DNA of 64,000 bases from Microcoleus sp. (GTDB lineage Bacteria; Cyanobacteriota; Cyanobacteriia; Cyanobacteriales; Microcoleaceae), in assembly GCA_052279835.1 (NCBI GenBank), contig CP181291.1, forward strand, positions 1,120,001-1,184,000, read 5' to 3'. The position numbers and the translations under genes were made by a program. Positions 55,797 to 64,000 of the stretch are shown in pieces (the first letter of the stretch is position 1; every line of letters starts with the position of its first letter). Under the pieces are notes generated by a model. That model was not told the DNA's origin. It saw nothing but the letters and a program-made list of their open reading frames with translations, and did no database searches.

Positions 55797-57803
55797 ATGG
55801 CAATGAAATCCATAATGCTCTCAGAGCAACCAGTCATTCTAGAAAAACCAGCGATTTGGTCGCGCTTGTTTTTGTGGATGATCATGTTGATGACCACTTC
55901 AGCAGTAGTTTGGGCCTATTTTGCTAGCGTCGAACAATCCGTACCCGCCGTCGGTCAATTGGAACTCAAAGATGGTGCCAGAGACATCCAAGCGCCTGCT
56001 ACGGGCGCAGTGGTGAGAGTTCACGTCGAAAATGGCGATCGCGTAGAAAAAAACCAGCCTTTGCTTACTTTTAACCCCGTTGCATCCAGTGCCGATTTCA
56101 CATCCCTGAAGAAAACCAAAGAAGCCCTGGAAAAGGAAAATAAATTTTACCAAGGTGTGGTTAATGGCAGCATTCAAGGTCCGATTCCTTCTAACCTAGA
56201 ATCAACCATCAAAGATAGGCAAAGCATCGCTGCACAAAATCAAGTGCTCCAAGCCTTAATTGACGAACTCTACCTGAACCGGGGAGCCAGCGGCAATTTT
56301 GATGCAGCTCAGCAAGGACTTTATGTTAACTATCGATCGGAATTTTTGTCTCGTGCAGCCGCAGTCCAAGGACAAATTCAGGAGTTGGAAAAACAACTCA
56401 AGCAAGCTGAAGATGCCGAAAAAGCAGCCGGCGATCAAATGACAGTAGCCCAGCAACAATTGGGTTTTGCCCAAAACCAATTAAATTATTCTCAGCAGCA
56501 ATTAGATTCTGCCAAAGAGCAAGTAAAATCTGCCGAAGCTCAGAAAATCTTAGCCGACGAACAGTTAGCCAAGTCCCAACAGGTGCTCAAGTCCAATCAA
56601 GGCATTTTGAGCAGACTAGGCCCACTGGTGGAAGCAGGAGCGATCGCTGAACTCCAAAAAGAAAAACAGGAGCAAGATGTTTTCCGAGGCCAAAGCGATG
56701 TCCTGAAACAACAAGATCAAATCAAGCAGCGCGAAGGTGAAATAAATGCCCGTAAAGGCGACATCAATACCCGCAGAGGTGAGATCAACACCCGCAGAGG
56801 TGAGATTAACGCCAGACAAGGTGACATCCAAAAAATCACTGCTGAAATCCAACGCCAGCGAGGAGAGCAAGAACGAATTCAAGAATCGATTAAGCGAGCA
56901 GAGGAACAGTTGAAAAACACCAAGGATTCCTGGGCAAAAGAACTGTATACTAAAATTTCCGAAAACCAGAAACAAATTGCCAGCAGCGATTCTCAACTGA
57001 GTCGGTACAAAGTAGAAAACCTGAAAAAGCTATCAGAAATCAATTCTCAACTAGAAAAGGCACAGGAAAACCGTAACACTCAAGTTCTGAAGTCCCCAGT
57101 ATCCGGCGTGATTTTTGATTTGAAACCTTCGACCAAGGAGAAATCTGAATTAGATGTCGCAAAAGATCCGATCTGCCAATCCATTATCAACTCAGTGCTC
57201 AAACCGGGGGAACCGCGCCCCAAACGCTGCGAAGAGGCTTATTATGAAGCGCAGCAAACTGAGAAATTGCTCAAAGTTTTGGATGACGAAAACGGTTTGC
57301 AAGCAACAGTTTATTTGGAAAATAGCAACGTAGCCCTGGTATTGGATGCTTTGAGACAGAAGCGGGCAAAATTGGAGCAGTATCACGGCAAACAATTGGA
57401 TGGAGAAAAGATTGACTGCGAAAAAGGTAAAAGTTGCGCTTGTCCTGAGAAGGAAGTTAACAGAGAGAAACTGGGTTTGACTAAATACCAATGCGTGCCT
57501 GTGGAAGTGAATGTAGAAGCTTTCCCGGCGATGGAATTTGGTACGGCTGAAGGTGAAGTGATAGATATTAGCAGCGATGCTTTGGCCCCCACAGAACTGC
57601 GGAAATACTACGCTTTTAAAACCACAATTAAGCTCAAAAATCAAAAGTTTGTTTTGAACAAGGACAAACCGAATCAAGTGGAAGTTAATTTGCAGTCGGG
57701 AATGGCCGTCAGTTCTAATATCAATATTGGTAAGCGGACGGTTTTGCAGATGTTTATCAACCGATTTACTGGCAAATTGGATACCTTCAAGACTGTTAAG
57801 TAG
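55797..57803 (+). CDS. HlyD family membrane fusion protein
   Basis: N-terminal TM, IQAPATGAV..VENGDRV lipoyl half, long coiled coil, LKSPVSG, LQSGM. Confidence 0.9.
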   Translation: MAMKSIMLSEQPVILEKPAIWSRLFLWMIMLMTTSAVVWAYFASVEQSVPAVGQLELKDGARDIQAPATGAVVRVHVENGDRVEKNQPLLTFNPVASSADFTSLKKTKEALEKENKFYQGVVNGSIQGPIPSNLESTIKDRQSIAAQNQVLQALIDELYLNRGASGNFDAAQQGLYVNYRSEFLSRAAAVQGQIQELEKQLKQAEDAEKAAGDQMTVAQQQLGFAQNQLNYSQQQLDSAKEQVKSAEAQKILADEQLAKSQQVLKSNQGILSRLGPLVEAGAIAELQKEKQEQDVFRGQSDVLKQQDQIKQREGEINARKGDINTRRGEINTRRGEINARQGDIQKITAEIQRQRGEQERIQESIKRAEEQLKNTKDSWAKELYTKISENQKQIASSDSQLSRYKVENLKKLSEINSQLEKAQENRNTQVLKSPVSGVIFDLKPSTKEKSELDVAKDPICQSIINSVLKPGEPRPKRCEEAYYEAQQTEKLLKVLDDENGLQATVYLENSNVALVLDALRQKRAKLEQYHGKQLDGEKIDCEKGKSCACPEKEVNREKLGLTKYQCVPVEVNVEAFPAMEFGTAEGEVIDISSDALAPTELRKYYAFKTTIKLKNQKFVLNKDKPNQVEVNLQSGMAVSSNINIGKRTVLQMFINRFTGKLDTFKTVK

Positions 57804-57844
57804 CCACTAGAATTCAGCGATTGCAGGGCTTTTATAAAACCGAT

Positions 57845-58100
57845 AGTCCGGCAGGGGTTAAAACCCCTGCCTCAAAGCAAAAGTCCTCTAAAGAGGACTC
57901 ATATCAATTCCGGTTGTATCGGAATGATTTAACCGCGAAGGCGCGTTCGGCGAAGCCGTTCCCGTAGGGTAGGACGCGAAGGAAGAGAAGAGAGAGTTTA
58001 ATAATTCCAATGAAGAGAGGATTTGATATCAGAAGAAGAATTTTCAACCATTAGTCATCTTTGAGAGGACTGTCACTATTAGACAGGGAATTCATGTCCC
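57845..58100. repeat. Nested palindromic repeat and MITE cluster
   Basis: Outer hairpins ggcagggg-ttaaaa-cccctgcc and agtcctct-aa-agaggact; inner element 57901-58029 with ATATCAA(T/A)TCC termini. Confidence 0.7.
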
Positions 58101-58106
58101 GCTGTA

Positions 58107-59975
58107 TTAAATAGATTGCTGATATTTTTCCAACAATTCCGGGATGTAATCATAGCCATCAACTCCGATGGCCGGAATGATACTTCCTCGACTCTTAGCC
58201 AAAGACTCCTTGAAAGCCTCACCGCCCATTTGTCCCCGCAAAATAGTCAGCAAACCAGCCGATTGACGCCACTCCATCGCCCCAATTTGCTCCAAAGTAT
58301 ACATCCCCAAACTACCAGCGAATATCGCTTTTTCTAGCTGATTGATACTATAATAAGCTTGAGCTAAATAAGCCAAATTCAGACCTTGTAAATACAAGTC
58401 GCCGGAAAATTGGGCCGCTTGCCAACCTTTGACCAAATATTCGATCGCACTTTCGGAATTTTCCAGCGCAATTTTAGCAATCCCCAGACTGCTGGAACAA
58501 AAAGCTTGACTTTGCCTATCTCCCAACCTTTCCGAAAGCAACAAACCTTGTTCCAAATAGCCGATCGCACTTTCATACACTTCTGGTTCCACATCCTCCA
58601 ACTGCCGCGCCTGAAACACCTCGCTATAACCCAAATTAGCCAGCGCATTTGCCTCACCTTGCCGCTCACCCGCTTGTCGTGCCATAATTAAAGCCCGCTG
58701 ACTATAATTAATCGCTTCCTGATAGTTTTTCTGAGAAACATAGTTGCGGCTGATGTGATTGAGATTAGCAACTTCGCAGGCTTTATCATCTTCCAGACGG
58801 GCAATTTCCAGCGCTTCTTTGTGCAGTAAGATCGATCGCTCATAGGCTCCCATAGCCCGCATCGAATAACCCAACAGCGTTAAAATTCGAGCCTTAGCTT
58901 GAGTACCTTCTACCCGTCGCAGAGGTTCATCTAAATACTCCAAAGTGTGGCGCAGAGAGTTGCCATCAAAGGAGGCAAAAATCCCACCGTACAGCGGAAA
59001 GTATTCTCGTTGAGAAAAAGCCCGCAAAATTTGCAGGGTTACTTGAAAACAAGCATTTGCCAACTGTTCGCCGCTTTTGGTAGAATTATTAAATCCACTG
59101 GCTAACTGACTCCAAATTACCGCAAAAGTAATATAAGTAGAAATAGAAGCTTTGGTTGACACTTTAGAATCGTAAACTTGCTTGTCAAACCATGTCGCCA
59201 ATGCCCGCTGCAAGCACTGCAAAATAATCGCCAATTCCACCAAAGCGCCTAACTCTAAACTCGATTCTTTAGCTGCTAACTCAACTATCGATTCACCCAT
59301 CGCAATTGTCTGCAAAAGAGCGTGAGGAAACGGACTTTTCACCTTTTTTGCCCAAAAAGCCCAAGGCCCGCTTTGTTCGGGACTAGCGCCAAATCCTAGC
59401 TGCTGGGGCTGATAAATCCAGCCTACAAGTTCCGGTTCCAGCCGTTGCCAAGATTCTAAACCTTTAGCAATCCCAGCGGTGATTTGCTGCAAGTCCCGCT
59501 CGGTTTCGGGATTGGAAGTTTGCAGCATTTGTTGGTGCAGGGATTTTGCTAATTGCTGCAATTGATCGAGAGTCAGGGGAAGTTCTTTGTTGGGGTCGAT
59601 TACTTGGAATAATGTCAGGAGACGGCTGTTAGGTTCGGCGGTAAGGATTTGTTGGATGGCTGAGGCGATCGCACTGGAAACTCGGTTATCCTTTTGCCAG
59701 CGTTCCCATTCTCCTTGGATGGTTTTTAGCGCTCTGAGGGTGCGATTTGCTTTGGCTTGTTTGATTTCGTCCTTTTCGTTTTTCAGCAGGTTTTCGGTGG
59801 CATCCAGGCGTTCTCCGAAACAGCGTTCAAAAATTTCGCCAGTGCCGGTGCCGATGTCTTGGACGAGCATTTGATATACTTGTTCTTTGGAGCGAATTTG
59901 ACCCTTGAGGGTGATTTCGACAATTTTGTCGATGAGGGCTAAGTAGCGATCGCGCAATGAGGTAGATTCTGGCAT
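58107..59975 (-). CDS. Tetratricopeptide repeat protein
   Basis: C-terminal TPRs (ARILTLLG, EANALANLG, QGLNLAYLAQAY). Confidence 0.85.
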   Translation of the reverse strand: MPESTSLRDRYLALIDKIVEITLKGQIRSKEQVYQMLVQDIGTGTGEIFERCFGERLDATENLLKNEKDEIKQAKANRTLRALKTIQGEWERWQKDNRVSSAIASAIQQILTAEPNSRLLTLFQVIDPNKELPLTLDQLQQLAKSLHQQMLQTSNPETERDLQQITAGIAKGLESWQRLEPELVGWIYQPQQLGFGASPEQSGPWAFWAKKVKSPFPHALLQTIAMGESIVELAAKESSLELGALVELAIILQCLQRALATWFDKQVYDSKVSTKASISTYITFAVIWSQLASGFNNSTKSGEQLANACFQVTLQILRAFSQREYFPLYGGIFASFDGNSLRHTLEYLDEPLRRVEGTQAKARILTLLGYSMRAMGAYERSILLHKEALEIARLEDDKACEVANLNHISRNYVSQKNYQEAINYSQRALIMARQAGERQGEANALANLGYSEVFQARQLEDVEPEVYESAIGYLEQGLLLSERLGDRQSQAFCSSSLGIAKIALENSESAIEYLVKGWQAAQFSGDLYLQGLNLAYLAQAYYSINQLEKAIFAGSLGMYTLEQIGAMEWRQSAGLLTILRGQMGGEAFKESLAKSRGSIIPAIGVDGYDYIPELLEKYQQSI

Positions 59976-60157
59976 AAGTAGTGTTTTGTTAATAAAATTT
60001 TATGGACAGTGCTAGCAGCATTTAACGCTACTATTTCATCTTACAGTTTAAAAAAATGTTTGTAGTGAGGAGTTTACTCACCAGCAGTTAAAGACTCAAG
60101 TCCTCACTACCAACTAAATGTATTTTTTGATGAAATAGAAAGTCCGATTATTTAATT

Positions 60158-61153
60158 TTACACTTCCTCTGGATTAATGCCCATTGCTCGGAGGCGATCG
60201 GCTAAACGATTTGCCCGCTCTCTTTCTAATTCAGCTTGCTGTTTTTCAAATTCAGCACGTTGCCTTTCTAATTCAGCTTGCTGTTTTTCAAATTCAGCAC
60301 GTTGCCTTTCTAATTCAGCTTGCTGTTTTTCAAATTCAGCACGTTGCCTTTCTGAATCAGCTCGCCGTTTTTCTGAATCAGCTCGTTGTCTTTCTGATTC
60401 AGCTTGCTGTTTTTCAAATTCAGCTTGCTGCCTTTCTAATTCTGCCCGTTGGCTTTCAAATTCGGCTCGTTGACTTTCTAATTGAGCTCGCTGTCTTTCA
60501 GATTCTTCAGGAGTCAGAACTAAATTCCCATTAATATCGTACCAACGCAGCCACAACCTTTCATTTTGCAGGAAAGCACCTTGCCACAAACCCAAACTTA
60601 ACTGTATTTCCGGTATCCAAAATCGAGAACCTGTTAACACTTGTTCGCGGTAACGGTTGCCAATTAAGCGAAATACTCTCAATTGGTTGTTGTATTTGCT
60701 AAACACAAAGTAATAGGGAATCTTCAAAACTCTCTCATAAACCTGCCACTTAGTCGGCGGTTTGTTTGGTGCCGATTCTGTCAGTCCCAAATCTTCATCT
60801 TCCGTACTTGGTGATAGAAATTCGATCGCGATTAAAGGATTGACTGCTTCGTCCCAAATCACGTAACTTTGGCGCAAGTCTCTGTCTTGGTAAAATCTCG
60901 AAACGCCGACAACTAAATACCAATCGGGTCTTTTGTACCAATTGGGATGGTTGGAGTCGTAGTATAGATACAAATTGCCGGCCGAAAATATGCGATCGTG
61001 TGGATAATTAAAAGGAATGCAGCTAGCAGACAAAAGTTGTGCTTGCCATCGATGATATTCGTCAAACCCAGTATCATCGGGGTCTTCACTGGGTAGATCG
61101 TACATCGTCGGCAACGCTTTTGCTTGGGAAGATTGCGAATCTGGTATGTACAT
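60158..61153 (-). CDS. Uma2 family endonuclease with long coiled-coil repeat tail
   Basis: LPTMYDLPSED, RPDW, IEFLSPST, WLRWYD, then (ERQRAEFEKQQAEL)n. Confidence 0.92.
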   Translation of the reverse strand: MYIPDSQSSQAKALPTMYDLPSEDPDDTGFDEYHRWQAQLLSASCIPFNYPHDRIFSAGNLYLYYDSNHPNWYKRPDWYLVVGVSRFYQDRDLRQSYVIWDEAVNPLIAIEFLSPSTEDEDLGLTESAPNKPPTKWQVYERVLKIPYYFVFSKYNNQLRVFRLIGNRYREQVLTGSRFWIPEIQLSLGLWQGAFLQNERLWLRWYDINGNLVLTPEESERQRAQLESQRAEFESQRAELERQQAEFEKQQAESERQRADSEKRRADSERQRAEFEKQQAELERQRAEFEKQQAELERQRAEFEKQQAELERERANRLADRLRAMGINPEEV

Positions 61154-61174
61154 TGTTATACAATTAGCGTAAAA

Positions 61175-61984
61175 CTACAGTTCATCTGGATTAATGCCCA
61201 TTGCTCGGAGGCGATCGGCTAAACGATTTGCCCGCTCCTTTTCTGATTCAGCACGTTGTCTTTCTAATTCAGCTTGTTGCCGTTCAAATTCGGCTCGTTG
61301 GGCTTCCAATTGAGCTTGCTTTTTTGCAAATTCTTCAGGAGTAGGAACCAAATTTCCATTAAAATCGTACCAGCGCAGCCACAACCTTTCATTTTGCAGA
61401 AAATCACCTTGCCACAAACCCAAACTTAACTGTATTTCCGGTATCCAAAATCGAGAACCTGTTAACACTTGTTCGCGGTAACGGTTGCCAATTAAGTGAA
61501 ATACTCTCAATTGGTTGTTGTATTTGCTAAACACAAAGTAATAAGGGATTTTCAAAATTCTCTCATAAACTTCCCACTTAGTCGGCGGTTTGTTTGGTTC
61601 TGATTCTGTCAGCCCCAAATCTTCATCTTCCGTACTTGGTGATAGAAATTCGATCGCAATTAAAGGATTGACTGCTTCGTCCCAAATCACGTAACTTTGG
61701 CGCAAGTCTCTGTCTTGGTAAAATCTCGAAACCCCCACAACTAAATACCAATCGGGTCTTTTGTACCAATTGGGATGGTTGGAGTCGTAATATAGATTGA
61801 GATCGCTGGCAGAAAATACGCGATCGGCTGGATAATTAGAAGGAATGCAGCTAGCAGACAAAAGTTGTGCTTGCCATTGATGATATTCGTCAGGCAAACC
61901 AGGTTCCTCCGGGTCTTCACTGGGTAGATCGTACATCGTCGGCAGCACTTTTGCTTGGGAAGATTGCGAATCTGGTATGTACAT
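61175..61984 (-). CDS. Uma2 family endonuclease, tandem paralog (start MYIPDSQ at 61984)
   Basis: Near-identical to 60158-61153 with a shorter tail. Confidence 0.92.
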   Translation of the reverse strand: MYIPDSQSSQAKVLPTMYDLPSEDPEEPGLPDEYHQWQAQLLSASCIPSNYPADRVFSASDLNLYYDSNHPNWYKRPDWYLVVGVSRFYQDRDLRQSYVIWDEAVNPLIAIEFLSPSTEDEDLGLTESEPNKPPTKWEVYERILKIPYYFVFSKYNNQLRVFHLIGNRYREQVLTGSRFWIPEIQLSLGLWQGDFLQNERLWLRWYDFNGNLVPTPEEFAKKQAQLEAQRAEFERQQAELERQRAESEKERANRLADRLRAMGINPDEL

Positions 61985-62011
61985 TGTTATACAATTATCC
62001 CTGCGAGATGT

Positions 62012-62273
62012 GATATCAATTCCGGTTGCACCGGAATGATTGTTGACTGTTGACTGTTGACTGTTAACTGTTAACTGTTGACTCGATTTTACGCCCGACG
62101 ATACTAATACCAATTTCTTATGAGGCTGCATAGAGTCTGAACCTCGTAACCAAGGGCGGGCACGGGGGCACCGCCCCTACATTCGGGGGGCACAAGATTA
62201 TTCTCAAAGTCCCCCTTCTTAAGGGGGATTTAGGGGGATCGAGATATCTGCAACTTCCCATTAAATTGGTATA
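62012..62273. repeat. Repeat cluster: GATATCAATTCCGGTTGCACCGGAATGAT end, (TGTTGAC)n heptamers, and a MITE-like element 62107-62271 with ATACCAATTT termini
   Basis: Motifs shared with 57901, 2297-2319, 36458-36698 and 21077-21226. Confidence 0.7.
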
Positions 62274-62285
62274 ACGGATTTGATG

Positions 62286-64000
62286 TTAAGGAGATACAGC
62301 CACTGCGGTAATTGTTATATTATAGCGCGATGTGATTTCTTGCGGCAGAAAATCGGTATCTTTTGCACCGGGAATCTTGGCTAGATAACAATCACGAACT
62401 GCAAACATAAAACCTTTAATTGCCTCTGGCGCATTCTGAGAGTCTGCATCTTTTAGAAAATCGCGCCACTTACTTTCATCTTTACCATAAGTCTCTACTA
62501 AATGCAGGCCTGCTAAATACTCGGCTACGGGGTCAAGTACAAAGCGGACATTCTCTTCGCTGGGAAGATTCGTTTGCAGAAGGTGGAGTTTGTCTTCGAG
62601 ATAGTTGAGGCGTTGCTCTGCATTTTGTGAATTTAAGACAGATAACGCATTGATGGCATCTTTAATCTTCGTGCTAGCGGGTCGATAAGTGAGTTTCAGG
62701 CATTCCCAAGCCAGCAATTGAGCATCTTCGTACACGGTACGATTTGTCAATTTATTCTCTGCCACATCCCGGTTGAGTTCCTTCAGGTATGCCAGCATCA
62801 AATCTGGTATATTTTGAGGTAGTTTTTCATCTTTAATTCCTTCCATTTTAGCGATTAACACATCTGCGTACAGTTTGGCAAATAATACAGTTGTACTTCT
62901 TCCTTGAATTCTGATTTCTTCTAAAAGTTTAGCCAAATCGCCGCAGACATAATGAAATTGTGAACCGTTGAAAAGATGCAGTTTCCCTAGCTTATCCAAG
63001 TATTTTTCCATAAAAGCTGATAGCTCAGAACCTTCTATTCGCAGCGGGTGAATCGTTGTTTTGGGGACGTTACGCATTGTTGAATCTAGTCGCGAAGTCA
63101 CAACCAAAGCATTGACGGGAAAATCGGGAGAATTAGGGTTGATTTCCTTTTGAGTTGTTTCTGCCATTTCGGAAAAATGGTCGGTAATTACCAGGATGCG
63201 GCGCTGTTGCAGCAAGTGTTGCAGCAGTTCTGGCTCAATGGAGGTAGGATGGTTGCTGATAGATTTTAGCTGACCGCTTATGGCTTCCAAGAACGGATGT
63301 TTGGCTGCGAGAGATTGACTTTCTAGTTCTTCGATCAGAATTGGAATCATCAGGTGTTTGCAGAGGCGTTTGCTTTTATCTGCTGCCATTGCCCTATCTG
63401 CAATTTGACAAGCGATGCTAGTTTTTCCGATGCCGCCTTCACCCCAGATGAGCAGGCAGATTCGCTTTTTGGTGAAAATTGATTGCAAATCTTCGCCCCT
63501 GAGTTCAGGTACTTTTTTGTCGTCTAATTCAAAAGCAACTGGGATGTAAGTAGCGCGGCTTTTGACTGTTTTGTTTTTGGAAAATTGTTCGCGGACTGTT
63601 TTGATGTGGGCTGAAACCCAGGCATCTAGGACTCTGGGACGGTAAAGAAAACAACTGAAAAAGGTAAGGTCGCGAGTTCGCACTGGAGCACCGCCCAATG
63701 TTTCAGGTAATTTGAATTCGTAGGGTTTGAGTGCATCGTTGATTCGCAGCAGCCATAAGGGACGCAGCCGCAGGATTGCCAACCAAAGGGAGGGGAAGAA
63801 GATTAGGTAAATTATTGTTGCTGCTACCCATTTATTCTGGCTAATTAAATAGAATAAGCGGGCGTTTTGTTCGGCTTTGAGAACATTGATGTATACGCGG
63901 AGATTTGCGATATCTGTTTTTGAATATGAAGAGGAAAAATATAACTTATTACGACGTTCAGGCTTAGGACGTTCGGGCTTAGACTGTTCCAACATTTTTA
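62286..64000 (-). CDS. NACHT/STAND-like P-loop NTPase with TM segment, partial (N-terminus probably outside the window)
   Basis: GEGGIGKTS Walker A, ILVITDHFSE Walker B-like, VVTSR sensor, F.LDPVAEYLAG; frame open to the window edge. Confidence 0.72.
   Translation of the reverse strand, partial: KMLEQSKPERPKPERRNKLYFSSSYSKTDIANLRVYINVLKAEQNARLFYLISQNKWVAATIIYLIFFPSLWLAILRLRPLWLLRINDALKPYEFKLPETLGGAPVRTRDLTFFSCFLYRPRVLDAWVSAHIKTVREQFSKNKTVKSRATYIPVAFELDDKKVPELRGEDLQSIFTKKRICLLIWGEGGIGKTSIACQIADRAMAADKSKRLCKHLMIPILIEELESQSLAAKHPFLEAISGQLKSISNHPTSIEPELLQHLLQQRRILVITDHFSEMAETTQKEINPNSPDFPVNALVVTSRLDSTMRNVPKTTIHPLRIEGSELSAFMEKYLDKLGKLHLFNGSQFHYVCGDLAKLLEEIRIQGRSTTVLFAKLYADVLIAKMEGIKDEKLPQNIPDLMLAYLKELNRDVAENKLTNRTVYEDAQLLAWECLKLTYRPASTKIKDAINALSVLNSQNAEQRLNYLEDKLHLLQTNLPSEENVRFVLDPVAEYLAGLHLVETYGKDESKWRDFLKDADSQNAPEAIKGFMFAVRDCYLAKIPGAKDTDFLPQEITSRYNITITAVAVSP

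Noticed and set aside
52975..57677. Long antisense ORFs within hlyB/hlyD, and similar shadows in livJ, dnaE, purB and Uma2
   Set aside because: Opposite-strand shadows of well-supported genes with no recognisable motifs
61985..62131. N-terminal extension of the Uma2 ORF
   Set aside because: It is translated heptamer and MITE repeat; the paralog starts at MYIPDSQ

Overview
64 kb of chromosome from a filamentous cyanobacterium. Oscillatoriales/Microcoleus-like is an inference from dense HIP1 GCGATCGC sites, heptamer STRR repeats and gene content. Core loci are a complete minus-strand rRNA operon (16S, tRNA-Ile, tRNA-Ala, 23S, 5S), pdxJ, a Liv/Nat-type ABC transporter, gatA, an unsplit intein-free dnaE, csaB, trmB, purB, and a glycosyltransferase plus type I secretion cluster. 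Between them lie accessory zones with toxin-antitoxin modules, four Uma2 nucleases, an intact IS630, several MITE/REP-like repeats and pseudogenes. The strongest unexplained structure is at 38.0-44.8 kb: the purB promoter and first codons occur three times, separating blocks of TA/defence cargo (HipA-HIRAN, VapBC, RHH+2TM, HicAB, NspI-like methylase) with no integrase in the window. Other highlights are an apparently circularly permuted RsbW-type ATPase, a GIY-YIG plus small-protein pair in a TA context, and a CGATCG minisatellite in the IS630 leader. All family calls come from reading motifs, not from database searches.
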